This document shows, one piece after another, positions 45,601 to 60,600 of a DNA stretch of 64,000 nt. Origin of the DNA: Glaucostegus cemiculus (Eukaryota); NCBI GenBank assembly GCA_976551045.1, contig CDPCPM010000073.1, forward strand, positions 10,664,001 through 10,728,000, written 5' to 3'. A program made the position numbers and the translations under genes. Within the stretch, counting starts at the first letter, position 1; each line of letters opens with the position of its first letter. A model generated the notes under the pieces. The model worked only from the letters and a program-made list of their open reading frames with translations. It had not been told where the DNA came from and did no database searches.

Positions 45601-48600
45601 AAAATGAACTGTTAACCCAGAGTCAATTGCCATATGTGGAAGGGAGTTCTATCACCCCACCCTCACCCCACCCCCCACTGGAAATTCTCTCTACCTTATC
45701 AGTTCCACTTAATATCATGATAATTTTAAGCAAATCATCTTTTAACTTTCTTAATCCCAGAATACACCCCTAGTTTCAATGATCTCTCCTTGGAGTCCAT
45801 GTCTTCTTCCGGTAAATTTACACTCCCTCCAAGTACAATGTATATTTTCCCTAAGAGCTGGTTCCCAGAACTGCTCACAGTACTCTCACTGCGGTCTAAG
45901 TCTACTAGGTCTTTGTATTGCTGTAAATTGTACGCTAGTCCTCTAGATATGAAAGCCAGCATTCCACTGTCAGTTTCACTGCTTTCCAACAGTACTTTAA
46001 TCTCCGATATACAAAGATGCTCAAATTTATTTGGACTTCTGTGCTTCTGGTGTTGCACCATTTAGAAGGTACACTATTCTATTATTCCCTGGTTGAAAGT
46101 GGACCTCACTGTTTCCGTTGAAACCCATTTGCCACATTTCTGTTTCAATTTGTAACAGTCTTTGTAATTCTATGCTTTCAACCTTTTAGTTACACTGCCA
46201 CCAATCTTCACGCATTTGGCCATGTTGGATATATGAGTATCAATCCCACAATCTAAACCATTTCTAAATACAGTGAACAGTTACAGCTCCCAACACCGAT
46301 CCTTGCAGGATACCATGAGACATATCCTGTCCATTTGACAGCCTACCCATTATCTGCCTCCTAGTCGGATCAACAACTTTCCTTCAATTGCATGAGCTTC
46401 TATCTTTAACTAACAGTCTATCATGAGTGATGTCATTAAATACTGCCTGGAAATCCTATGAATAACATCCATAGACTTCCCCTTGTTCATGGCTTTAGTT
46501 ACTTCTTCAAAAACCTACATCAGTTTCATTGGTATGACCTACCCATTCAACAAATCTGTGCCAGGTTTCTCTGAGCAACTGAAAGAGTTCAAGGTATTCA
46601 GTCACTACAGACTCATGGTTCCCTGGCCCTACCTCCTACTCAGCTTACCCTTACTTACAAGCTATCAGCTGCTCACCCTGAAGATGTCTGAACCCTCCCA
46701 CAAAATCCTGGGAAACTTGCCCGCCCAATGTGCTGCCAGATCACAGTCTCACGGACTCAGACCAGCTAGCCACTAGTTGTGAGTTCAATTACCACCAACT
46801 GCCTTTAAACTCACAGGGTCTCTGTCTCCCCCCACACTGACCCTAAACCCATGGGGCCTCTGTCTCCCACTGACCCTAAACCAATGGAGTCTCTATCTCC
46901 CCCCACACTGACTCTAGACCCATGGAGTCTCTGGGGGTCTCTGTCTTTCCCACAATGACTCTTAACCAACGAGGTCTTCGCCTCCCCCACACTGACCCCA
47001 AACCAATGGGCTCTCTGTCTCCCCCACACTATCTCTAAACACATGGCATCTCCTCCACATTGACCCTGAAGTCATGGGGTCGCTGTCTCTCCCACAATGA
47101 CTCTTAACCAACGGGGTCTCTGTCTCCCCCTCACTGATCCTAAACCCACGGCACCTCCCCCACACTGACCCTGAATTCACAGCATCGCTGTCTCCCCCAC
47201 ACTGACCCTAAACTGATGGGGCCTCCATCCCTCCGAGCATAATCTGTCACCTAACCTCCTCTGCTACTAAAAACTAACTTGATTTCTCTCTTTCCTCTCC
47301 TTAGGCAGTTTCCCAGACTTGAAACATTAACTGCTTCTCTTCCCATAGATGCTGCCTGACCTGCCAAGTAACTCCAGCATTTTCTGTTTGTATTTCATAT
47401 GTCCAACAGCAGGCTCCTGAAACTGATGCTGTGTTCTGACTGCCATCTCAGCACCTTGTAGCAGTGGTCAGAGGAAATGATTTAAGAATGTTTTTAAAGC
47501 CTTCTTGAAAAGGGGTAACATCCACACTGACTTGTGAGAATCCCTGCCTCATAACCACTTAAAGTGGAGAAGCTATATTTGAAATGGCATTGAGAACTCA
47601 GAAGCACAGCATAAATGGCACCATCTCTCAAGCTCCCCACCACTTGAATGTGAAGTATTTCCTACCCTACCTGAGGCAGCCTCTGTGGGTCTCTCACTGG
47701 GTACATTGTCCCCCTCAGAGTTGGCAGAACCATAGTGGAAACAGGTCACCCTCAATCCCAATGGACTGCTGTGCAGAGGAAGAAAATTATAGACCGTCGA
47801 CACTTCCCGACAACCAATTAGGATAATGGTCCATAATTCTCCACTCTCCTTCTCCCACCATTTTTAAATAGCAGGCTAACATGCATAATTATCTAATCTA
47901 AAAGATGATTCTTCAAATGAAAAACCTTTGGATGACTACACTTTAAAAACCTGAAGCATCCTTTAATACCCTTATATCATTACCACTTGCTCCTGGGAAT
48001 TTGTTGTTCCTTATTGTAATTCTTTCCTTAATCTCTCTTATTTTGCTTACGTTCACTTTGGTGAGTTCTGGCTCTGACTGACTATCAGTTTCCTTGGATG
48101 ACTAAGGGTTGCTCTCTTCTTCTGATATAAGTACTGAAGCAAAGTGATCATTGAGCAAATCCACCACTTCCTTATTTAATTTACTGTATCAGTGAGCTGT
48201 TGCTAAGGAGACCACTTTGTTGCTGGCTGCTCTCATTTTCCTGATGTGCTAGAAGAAATTTTTGTTTGATTTTGATGTCCTTTCTGCATTTCATTTCATA
48301 CATTCTTTTGTTGCTCTTGCTGTTCTTTGTTCCTTTCCCAGTTTCTCAGATCTGTACCAGTTTTTACCATTTTACATGCGTTTATTTAATTTTATGTTGA
48401 CCTTTTACATTCTCCATGGCTTTGGCTTGATATCCAGAGCTCATGCCCATTGACAGTATGAACCAATTCTGTACAGAACATAGAACAGTACAAGACAGGA
48501 ACAAGCCCTTCAGTCCACAATGTTGTCCTGAACTGATTAAACTAGTAATTAAATGTCTAACTAATCTAATCCCTTCTGCCTATACAACGTCCCTATCCCT

Positions 48601-51600
48601 CCATTTTCTGTATATTCATGTGCCTATCTAAGAGCCTCTTAAGCACCTCTATTGTATCTGCCTCCACCACCATCCCTGGCAGCTCATTCCAGGCATCCAA
48701 CAAATTTTGTGTAAAAAACTTGCCTCACACATCTCCTTTGAACTTACCCCCTCTCACTTTAAATACATGCCCTTTAGTATTAGACAATTTGACCCTGAGA
48801 AAAAGATACTGGCTGTCCATCTATGCCTCTAATAATCTTATAATCTAACAGGTCTCCCCTTAGCCTCCACCACTCTAGTAAAAACAATCCAAGTTTGTTC
48901 AACCTCTCCTTATAGCACATGCCCTTTAATCCAGGCAATATCCTGGTAAGCTTCTTCTGCACCCTCTCCAAAGCCTCCACATCCTTCCTATAATGGGGTG
49001 ACCAGAACTGAATGCAATACTCCAGATGCAGCCTAACTAGGGTTTTATAAAGCTGCAACATAACTTCCCGATTCTTGAACTCAGTGCCTCGACTAGTAAA
49101 GACAAGCATTCCATATGCCTTCTTTATCATCCTATCAACCTGTGCAGCCACTTTCAGGGAGCTATGGACTTGGATCCCGAGATCCCTCTGTACATCATCA
49201 CTTTACCAACAGTAGATTCTTCTCATACACCTCCCACCGCTCTATAATGGTTTCACCTATTAGCAGATTTGCTCAATTCATCATGGACACTCCCTGCCTC
49301 AGCACATGAAAGTTAGCCTTTATCTAGACTAGAATCTTAATAGCCATTTCATGTCCTTGCTAATAGAACACAACATTGGACTCAATTATATTATAATTAT
49401 AATGATTAAATATTAAAATTATCACTGATAGTGAGACTGTTACTCATTACTAAGTGCTGTGTGACCTGAGCCCTTTTTTGGGATCATGTTGTTGCAGAAG
49501 AGCATGCTGTACATTCATTTTTCAGACAAGAGCTAATTTGCTTTTCCCAATCTACATGAAAGTTAAGCTATCCTATTAAAATCACACTATTTTTTATGCT
49601 TGTCTGATTTTACGATGTATGCATTTCACAACTATTACGGATGAGTATTAAATGTTTTTCAAGTTCTTAATTCTGCCTGTTCTTGCTTGCCAGTCATTAT
49701 ATCTTCCCTCATCAATAGTGCGGTTTCAACATTAATCACCAAGTCTGTTCATTCTTCTCTTTCAATTTTTCCTATCTTTCCTATGAACCATATAACCTGA
49801 TCTATTTACATCACAGTGTTGAACATCTTGAAACTGTCTCAATTACACCTACCACATCATACTCTTCAAGTTAAACTTGTGCAAGTAATTTGTTCAGTAT
49901 TTATACATGTTCATTTTCAGAGAGTAAAATTACTTTCACCACACACACTTCTAAATCATTTATTTACTCACATATTTCATATTTCTCTCTCTTACTTTAA
50001 AACTTACATCCTTTAGTTTTCCCATTGACCGTGGTGCCTGATATTTTTTCCAATGATTGGCATCGTTTCTTCCAATTAGTTTGCTTTAGAACTGTATATT
50101 ACCTCCTCTCCCTAAGCATGCCCCCTAACATTGTCACCACATTCCTGGTAAATGGATCCTGGTCCCAGCCTAATTTGGGTATGATGGTTCAGTTTCTTCC
50201 TGCCCCAGTAATTGTGACAGAGTTGTATGACATGAAACCACCTGTGAACTTCCTCAGAGCCACGCACAATAGTACACGTATACTACTGCATTGACAGAGG
50301 AGTCCTATAGCATGAAAAGGATAACTAAGCAGTGTTGTTGCTCTCTCCGTAGGGACCATGATGATGATGTTTCAGTTGCTGAGGCATGTAAAAATCTAAA
50401 TCAGATCAGTGGTTTGAAAGGAATGGGCAGGTAAGTCATATTGCCCCATTCATTGTCCAATCAATCCTTAAATGTCATAAGCCTTGAACTTAGGAGACCT
50501 TAAACAGCAATTATTATTTTAATTATACCCCTTGACTCACTTGCCCAATTAAAGGAGCACTGATGCACTTGACAGACTTCTTCTGGGCTGTTCCCAGCCT
50601 ACATGTCCATCATTGTCAATTATACATTTGTTTATCCTTTGCAAGAACATTTTGTACAACTCTTCCATACAAAACCAACTAGATAAGTAATCCCAATGGC
50701 TCCTTTACCCAGCTTTATTTATCTATTATGCTCATATACAGGTTTGTTTTTCTGAACTGTACCCTTGTGAAAGAACTTTACATAGCTAAGACTGTTCTAT
50801 GTTATAAACAAGCAGGCAAACTGCAGGAATTGGAATGCAGTACTTCATTTAACATAACCAATCAATGCAAAGGGTAGAATCTGGACAGGATAGACTTAGT
50901 TATGTGTTACAGCTTTACAGAATTTTTGCATCCAGATATTTCTAAGCTATTTGCCTATTTCTATAATTTCTTTACCAAACACTGTAAATAACTTTTACAA
51001 AGAAAATCACAGTGTTTCATTGTAACAGTAACCATACAAGGTTCTTCAGTGCTCCTTTGAAAGCACATGGAAAATCATTACAAAGCATTATCTACCCTTC
51101 ATCTCCAACTGTTTCAGGACCCAACTTCAATTTGTGCCAAAAATGCCCATGTGTTTTAACTCTATCTTGATGGTCTCACAGTCAATTTCTCTACAGGTGT
51201 TGTGTCAATAGCTTGATGATTTAGTCAGCTTTTGAGCCACATTAACAAGTCTGCATTTCCGCATGCTCCTTTCCTCACTCTCACCAGCGGCACTCACAAT
51301 AGTGTCTCATTGTCACGTCACATGCCATTTGATCTTTTCTCCCTGTGTCTGAGAGGGTGACCAGGTTAGCTCAGGTACTTCTCCTAAAAAGTTCATTATC
51401 AAGGGCACAACATTGGCAAGAGAAAGTTTCTAATTAATTACACTCAACAACGGTTTCCCTGAGTTCAGCTTGAACATATTTATGGTGCACATCTTTCAGG
51501 ATCATGATCCCAGCACCCACTTAGCACTCTGCATCCATCACCTAATTTCAATCATTTCTTGTCACCAATTTTACATACCCCATAAATTGCCATTAAATCC

Positions 51601-54600
51601 CATTCATGAACACTGGAGGAATTTTATCGTCATATGCAGTGTTAAGGACAGAAATATGGATTAAATATTCCCATTTGGTCCAAGTAATTAACACATTCTT
51701 GTTTAACAATTTAGCAACATGTTGTGCTGAGGTGACAGAACATATTGTTTGAAAACGAATCTCAATTCCAAGCAAGACTCAGATGGACAGTTTATTAATT
51801 ATAGAGTTCACCTTTTAATTCCCTTATTGAATCTCTATCTTTGATAGCAAAACCCACTTCACATTTTTATTTTATCTTTGATCAAGATTTGATCGTTCCT
51901 TTAGGCTTCAGGTAGTTTCTGCTCCCAGTCAATGAGGAGTCCCGTCTGGGAACAAAGTGATAAGAGATTGTCCCCTGTGCCACCTCAGTGCACAGTGCTG
52001 CCACTTCTCATTCATGTGCCTTTGAGTCAGTGGCACAGACGGGAAGGCTACACTACTACTAGTCAGCCAAGTTGCAGCCTTCAGGAGCAGCTGGCAACAG
52101 GTTGGAACTTGGCCCCAATATCCTCAGATCGAGCTTAGGAAATTAAAAGTTTGTCAAATTTCAAAGAATATTCTGATGTCTTAAAGAAACCAAGTCCCAC
52201 AGTATATTCACACAACTTAAATATCTAAATTTAAATCATAGCTCAGGGATCTCATAGACAATACGTTTCTATGTATAGAATTTAGCACTTCCAAAACAAA
52301 TACATGACTATAAGGGATTAAGCAGTGTTCATCTCTGGGTGATGCTGGCAATAACAATGGCCACTCTTTAAAGACGAACTTTTAAACTAGGATAGCCAAA
52401 CATTCAGAAGCACTTTCAAACAAAATGGAATTTCAGATTTTAGAATGGAAATTGGAATCCCAAATGGAATCTCAGTAATTCTTCGTGTTCCATCTTTGAT
52501 GCCCTTTTACATTCAAATTCCCTCTAAGACAGAGTAAAGCAACACCAACTTTGTACCCTCCTGATTTCTAAATTTTGGTATCTTGGTTGTTTTAACATAA
52601 TTAAACATAATACACCAAAATGCACTCCACAAACCAGTCTAACTTGGGCTCCCCTAAACTTCAGCATATATTTCAGCACCTTTTCCAACAACATCTCAGG
52701 AACCTCTACATGGGATCCTCTGTGATCCTGAACAAACTATAAAATTGCATGCACTCTGGGCATATCTGTTCTCTTCCTTGAATGACTTTGTCTTCTCTAA
52801 CAAACTACTTATCAATAGCTTCTGCCTTCACTTAATCAAGCCGACTTGAAGTACACCAACATTCGCTTAGTTCTCAGAGCTACCCACATTTACAGCACCA
52901 ACTCAAAGCAAGGCAGCTCAGCCTCTCTCTGAGAGTATACCACAGCAACGCATACAGTCGAGTTCTATTGGCTTCTTATGCTGTCTGAGTGATGAATAAA
53001 AACTGGTGACTGAACTAAGCTGATTCTTGCAAAACCAAAACCCTTTATTATTCCTAAATCTGTGAATTCCCTTCTGATACCAATTCATGTAACTCGTAGT
53101 GAGTAAAAAGTTGTTGCAATGTTGGTTTTAATGTTGTCAAAGTGGAGAAAGGGAAAATTTCAGAATTCATCAAAGGAGGATTGGGGAATTGAAAGGGAAA
53201 AGGAAAGTGATCTAGCAGGAAACGTCTAATGCAGACTGTAAAAGCTTCTTTCGATAGGTAAAAAGGAAAAGATAAGCCATAGCTATGTCTGTCACATACA
53301 GATTGAGACAAGAGAAGTTATCTTGGAAAATAAGGAAGTGGCAGAGAAATTAAACAATTATTTTGTGTCTGTCTACACAGAAGAAGGCATTAAAAACTTC
53401 TGGAAATAGTGGAGAACAATAGGTTTGGAGTGAATGAAGAGCTCAAACAAATTATAAACAAAGTATACAAAGTATTGGAAAAATTATTGGGATTGAAAGC
53501 CATAAATCTCCAGAACCTGGTGACCTTCATCACAAGTGTTTGACAGAAGTGGCTATGATGAATGTTCTCGTCTCCCAAAATTCCATTGATTCAAGAATGA
53601 TTCCCACAGATTGGAAGTAGGAAAGCAGGTGGCCGGTTACCTTGACATCAATAGTAGGGAAAATGCTGGAATCTACAAATAAGGAAGTGGAAACAGGACA
53701 CTGAGAAAATAATAATTGGACTAGACAAGCACAACATGGATTTATGAAAAGGAAATCATGCTTGACACATTTGTTAGAGGTTTTTGAGGTTGTAACTAGC
53801 ATAGTAGATAAAGGGGAACTGGTAGATTTACTATATTTGGATTTCGTGAAGGCCTTTGATAAGGTGCTACTTGAGAGATTATCAAACAAGGATAGTGTAA
53901 AAATAATGCATGGGATTAGGCAAAATACACTGGAATAGATTGAGGATTAGCTAACAGAAAACAAAAAGTGGAATAAACAGGTCATTTTCATGTTGGAAGA
54001 CTGTAACAAGTGGGATATCGCAGGGATCAATGCCGTGACCCCAGCTGTTTATTATCTACATCAATGAAATGAATGAGGAAAGCAGGTGTAATAGCTCCAA
54101 GTTCACTAATAATACAAAGCTGGGTGGCAGTGTGGGTTGTGAGGAGAATGCAGGAGGGCAGCCAAATAATATGGGTGGGTCGAGTGATTGGGCAAAGACT
54201 TGGCAAATTGCATGTGATGTGGAAAATGTGAAATCATCCACTTGGGAAGGAGGTGAGGTTAAAAAAATCAGCCACACTCTGATTGAATATCAGAGTAGAC
54301 AGCAGGGACTGAATGGACCATTTCTTCTTCTATTCTTATGTTCCTATGTTCACAAGCCTTGGAACAGGTAGGATATCAATGGAGCAGAATCCAATCTCTG
54401 CAGTGGTGCTTTAGCCCTCCCCCTTGGAAGGCTGCTGTTACCCACAGACTGTACAGTTCAGCTTTACAATGGAGAGCTGTTGGTTCTTTCAGTTGTCCTC
54501 TTGCTGATAAGGGTGTCAAGATGAAATCTTTCCCCCAGTGACTCACTCTCTGTCTCTCTTCTCTCCCTGAATCTTTCTTGGTACACCCCACCCCACCTCA

Positions 54601-57600
54601 CTTCCTCTAAATACATTTTTAAAGGGATGGGCAACACACTTACCTCAAACATTATTTTAATCATACAATTAAATGAGGGCTGATGTACGAGACAAACTTC
54701 TTCTGCACTGATCCTGGGTAAGTCTTTGCTAACCTTCCCTTTATCTTTTGCAAGAACATTTTGCTAATCCCGGTTAATGACAGAATCAACATTTGCCAGT
54801 CATCTCATTCCTTGTCTCCTGGTTCTTAACCCTTCCATCAATGGGAACTTTCTCCATATTTCCTTCCTTTCAGCCCATTGAGTCTATACCACTCCCAGAG
54901 CAATCCCATCAATCTCATTTCCCCACTTTCCCACCACCACCTGGACTAGGGGTAATTAACCTTCGGCGTGTGAGAGGAACCCGGAGCACCCAAGGAAGCC
55001 CACATGGTCATAGCAAGAAACTTCACTTTATCTATAGTCCAGGGCACATCTGCAGTCTCTCATGTCCTAATCAGAGATTGACTGTTTGAACTGAATGTGA
55101 AAGCACTGTTAAATTGTTTGGGAATATCCTTCTATGCAACAGCGTGGGAGTTCTGCAAGTTCCAGTCCACCTGTATAAAAGGCAGCTTTGCCATCTACTA
55201 TCCCGTTCTTGAGGGGGTTTGGCTGGATGCTCACGTCCAGACCACGTAACCAGCAGTCGCTCAGTGCTGGTCTGTCGGTTCAAGCTCTGCCCCCAACGCT
55301 GGGTATCCTGCTTCTGTCACACTTTGCTGATTGTTATTTTGTTTATGTAGATACTTCAAACAGATCATGAAGTCAGCTCGAGCTAACGGGTCATCGGGAT
55401 CTCAAGAAGAAAACATTGACGATTTCCTCGGCTGCCTCGATATTCCTGTCAGTGTGAGTGTGATGTAGGGAACAGGTGACCACAGTAGGAAGCAGCTCTT
55501 CTCCTCAGACTTGGCCTTCACTCCCAGAAATCAGGCTGCAGTCTGGGTCCCACAGGAGCTAGACTGCAGCACAGTCCCCAGGCTATACCATGTCACACTG
55601 CAAGCCTCCTGTCTGTGCTCAGGCTGCATGTACCCAAGTCCCATGCTGCAGTGTCCCACAGGCAGGACTGAACCCTACCAGAAGCAGACTGTACCGCAGG
55701 CCCTAGCTTGGGGATCTATTCCAAGCCCCACTAGGTTACACCACTGACCTCAGGCTATACCAAGGCCTCGTACAAGAACCTAAACTGTACAGCAGGGTCC
55801 CAGCCCTGTCACAGCTCACAGGTTGGATGAATCAGTTCAACAAACAATCTGCTGGAAGAACTCAGTGGATCCTTCCAGAGTGGATTCTTCCAGCAGATTA
55901 TTTCTTGCTCCAGATTCCAGCATCTGCATTTTCTTGTGTCTCCATGTGTTTCATTGGTTCATTTCAAAATCTGAATCTTTTCTGTTCTTATATCAGGAAA
56001 TTCCTGTTGAAGGGATTGATACATGGTATAAATTGGAGCCTCGATCAAGCTCTTCTCGGGTTGAAGGAGACTGTCACCTCATTCTTTCACTGACCATGAT
56101 GCAGGTACTGGGGTAGGGGGCTGGGTTGGCACAGGCAGAACTACATTGGGAAAGTGATAAGCAATGTTAAGAGAGATTCTGGCATGGTGCTGTGATATGT
56201 AATTTTTTCTTAATGAGATCCTTACTGTAGGACAGGGCTTCTGTTGGGGGAACTGAGGACTCAGCCCTATTCTGAGCACTAGGGTTGAATAGCTTAGAAA
56301 TTTGCCTAGGGTGCACATGCTGAGCAGAGATATACTGTAAGGCAGTTGGGCAAGAACAGGGAGAATACTCTCCAAGACACAGGGGTTCAGAGTCAGCAGC
56401 TTCAGAAGAGAAGGGGACCCATACCCCAATGAGAGCCAGTGTCTCCAGGAGAGAAAGGGACCTGTAACCCAGTGAGAATCAATGCCTTCGGCAGCAGAGA
56501 GATCCATACCATTGCGAGAGTCAGCATCTGCAGGAGAGAAGAGTCCTGTACCACAGTCAGCACCTTCAGGAGGGGGATGCATACCCACAGCGAATCAGTT
56601 TGTTCAGGTGAGATGGGCAGTGGACTTGGTGTCTGTGGCCTGACCGGTCAACGGGATTGGTGGCAGCTCTTATCTCTTCTTGCAGAGAGATACGGAGTTG
56701 TGCAAGATGATGGGACCTGTGATGATCCACGAGTTGCTGCTGAGGCAGCTCCTAACAACCGAAATTCCCAAATTAAAGGTACGTGCATTTGCCATAAATA
56801 GGTCTGGGTCCGGCTTGAATGGACGTAATGTGTGGGGACGTTAAATTTCTCATGCATGCTCGCGCTCCTCAGTGCTTGCATTTGAACTTTTTATATCACC
56901 AAACATTTGCAGTAAAAACATTTGTAGTTGTTTGTAATTTAAAGTGTGATAATTGGGAGCTTCCTCATGTTACATTTAGACAATGAGGTGTCAGCTTCTG
57001 TTACCATTCTGTGCTGATATGCCATGGTCATACAGCATGGAAACAGGCCTGTCACCCCACTGAGTCCGTGCTGACTCATGTGGTTAGGGATTGTTGTTAT
57101 GGGGTGGGACCTGGCAAAATCCGAGCAAGATTGCACTCCTGCCTTCATCTGTGAGATGAGAGGAGATCGTCACCAACAGTGATGGCCAAAACCTTGGGAT
57201 TCTGCCACAATCTGCCAGAGTCATTCCTGCTTGGAGAATGGTGAGGTGCACCCCGGAGAGTGGGCACCTTCAGAATGGGGAGGAAAACCAGAGAGGAAAC
57301 TCCTCACACCAATGAGTAACTCTCACTCTCCTCCTCCCCCACAGAATGACTGGAGCAGCTTCCGTGGGGGCGTCAGCAAGCATGCTGCCACCATCCTCTC
57401 CCAACATGCTATGCAAGTTGACCTTTCACCTCAACAAAAGGCATCTGTGTGAGTATAATTCCCATTGTCATTTTTCATAAGTAATAAAGCCTGCTGATCT
57501 TAGCAGTGCCTTAAATATTGTCATTGGTATTCATCATTTTGAGAGCCAGAGAGCTTTGTGTTGGGAAGACATCACTCACAAAGAGACCAGGGCAGTTACA

Positions 57601-60600
57601 GCGCAGGTTAATAGAGGCTGCAGAGAGTAGTGGACACAGCCTGGTCCATTACAGGCACATCCCTCCCCACCACTGACAGCATCTACAGGAGGCACTGCCT
57701 CAAGAAGGTGGCATCTATCATCAAGGATCCCCACGATATACGTCATTCCCTCTTCTCGCCGCTACCGTCAGGCACGAGGTACAGAAGCCTGAAGTCCCAC
57801 ACCAGCAGGTTCAGGAACACCTATTTTTCTATAACCATCATGTTCTTGAACTGACCTGCTCAAACTTAACCCACCTCAGCAATGGAACACGACAGACCAT
57901 CTCTTGCACAACCATGGACTTGTCTTTGATTGTGACTGTTTTTTTTGCTCTAAGGTCTTGCTTTTGCATAGTTTTTTTTTCTTATTGTATGGTGTAATTT
58001 TATGTGTAATTAATGTATAATTTAAATTCTGTGTTGTCTGTACCTACGTGCCTGTGGTGCTGCTGCAACCAAGTTTTTCATTGTACTGTATCTCTGTATT
58101 TGTGCACATGACAATAAACTCGACTTGACTAGACGAAGAATGAAGTTTCCTCTAAACTATCCATCAAATACTCTCAGGCAAAATAAGCAAGAGCTGGAGA
58201 GAGAATAAAACTCCATATTCATTGTCCATCAGACACTCTACATACAATAAATGGAGTGATCCACAAGTAACAAACAGAACCAATGAGTGAGTAACTTTAT
58301 TTCCCCTCATCCCTGCAGTGAGTGGCTGGCTTACAGCAAACATCACCAGCTCCAGTCTGTGGACTATGGCTTCCTTCACCAGTTGCTTGAGGACCTGGAT
58401 CAGAAGTTAGACTTGAACTTTCTCACTCAAGAGCAGGTAAGGCACAGGGATCACTGAGTATCACTGGTGGAAGATATTCCTCCCTCCCACTTCAATCACT
58501 GTCTCTGAGGGTGGGGACACCTTACACAGTTCTGGTGCTCTACACTCTTCAATACTTCCCCATGTTACCAACCTGTACCAATAAGTTAGATCAGTATATG
58601 TAGGCAAACTACTGGCTCAAATAGCATGTTTCAAAAACTTTATTCAGCCAGTGTTTGTGTTTCATTAAATTGAAATGCTGTCAACATAAACATGTTTCCA
58701 TATGCATTTGGGTCAATATGTGTCCACACGTTTGTGCTTGCACTTTGTGATCGTGTGTGCTTGTGTGTCTGTGCATGGGCCTGAGTGCGCTCTATTTGAT
58801 GTGTTCCTTGCTTGTTGATGGGTGTGTGAATGTCGGTATGTGCGCATGTGGCTCCCTTTCATATATTTTAAATAAGATGTACATTACTAACAGCTTTGTG
58901 AACATGTGTGAGCATGTGTGGGTGCATGTGCACACATATGTATGTGTGTATGTGTTCATTTAACATGCCCTGTTATACACTGAACTTCTCCAGTACCTTT
59001 GGTGTAGTAATTAAGAAAGCAGCTATTGTTCTAGATCACACAGCAGTAAGTTTAACAAATTTGTCACATAAAGCAAGCACTTACCAGTTACAGTTTACAC
59101 TGGCAAAGAGGATAAATATACCAGAAGTCTAGGTACTATCACTTTGAATATTCTGTTTGTGAGTTCCACCCAGAGTATACTTATGCTGTTGATGTTTAGT
59201 CCAGTTCATAGGATTGCTCAGTGTCGGTAACTGTGACACCGTGCCAGGTTATTCTGCAGCTGCTGAGGTGAACTCTCAGTCTAATTACTCAGTGTGTGCA
59301 GACCAACCAACATTGAGAATTTACATTTGAATAAACAGTAATACTTTGTACAATTTGGTCCACCAACATTGCATTCGCTGACTACTAAGATGGGAATGAC
59401 CATACCTAACCTCAGGCCATTTGATGCTCATTTGGAGCCATCTGCAGTTCTGCCCACTGAGAAAAGTGGCTTTGCAGTTTGATGGAGAAATGACAGGACT
59501 TGGAATCACAGATGTAAGAAAAAGTACTCCTGTTACTCTATGATGGGGAAGAATTACTGGATATTTATGACACATTATCTGCTACATAGAAGCATAAAGT
59601 ACACTGAATGTATGTTTTACTCCACAATAGAATGTGGTACATGAGGCTATTATGTTCCTTTGCATAAGCTAAAAAACAAACAATTGTTCAATACTGCAAG
59701 CATCTGAGACAACCCGCTGTAAAATGTGAATTGACTGATCTGGAGCAAATGCTAAAAATGGAAGTCTTTGAAGACTGAATATCCAAGCAACCCCCTTGAT
59801 GGAAGGCCCTTTAAAGTGTATCAAATTCTCTGAACTGCTTGAGTTAGTAGATGATTGTCGTTTTTAGAGTAGCTGAGAGAGAAAGACTACAGGTACCATC
59901 AGAATAGAAATAAACACCAGAGAGGAACCACTAACAGAAAACAATTGCTAGCATCACCGAGAACTCCCAAACAGTGCTGTGGTGGCAGCTGTCCCTACAA
60001 AGCAAAAGTCCTGCTTTAGGGAAACAGTACAAATCATGTGGAAAATTTAACCACTTTGCAAGGGTTTGTCATTCAGCAAATCAAGTGTTTCCGACCTCAT
60101 CAGACCAGGTGGCAATGTTGATTGCAGAATTATTGCAGAAATAATTCTGGTGATCCTGAGTTATTCACAACACTTGTAAGGACACTGAACCATGGCTAGA
60201 AATGAACATTTGCAACTGGCCATTCGGTGTACTGGTTGATAGTGGTGCACCTGTCAACGTGATGAGTGAACAAGGCTTCAAGCAACTTCACTCAGTGAGG
60301 AAATGCCCAGTGAGGATATTTCCTTACATATTTAAAGTTCTGGGAATATTTTCATCTCAAATAACATTCAATTCCAAAAAAGCCAACATGATATTTTATT
60401 TAATCTCAAGTGGCTGTGATACTCTTCTATGTGTTAACACAGCTCAGCTCTTTCTATTGTTAAGATCACAAATGACTCCATTAGTTGTGAAGAAAAGGCC
60501 ACAGAGTATTGGCTATGAGGTTGAACACAATGACACTAAGCAAAATCAACACTGTAACAAAGCAAGATTTTGTTTCTTCCCTGAGAATAGCAGCAATTCA

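Noticed and set aside
13385-47228. CRISPR-like appearance of 30-37-bp repeats
   Set aside because: Units are head-to-tail without unique spacers, the DNA is vertebrate and there are no cas genes.
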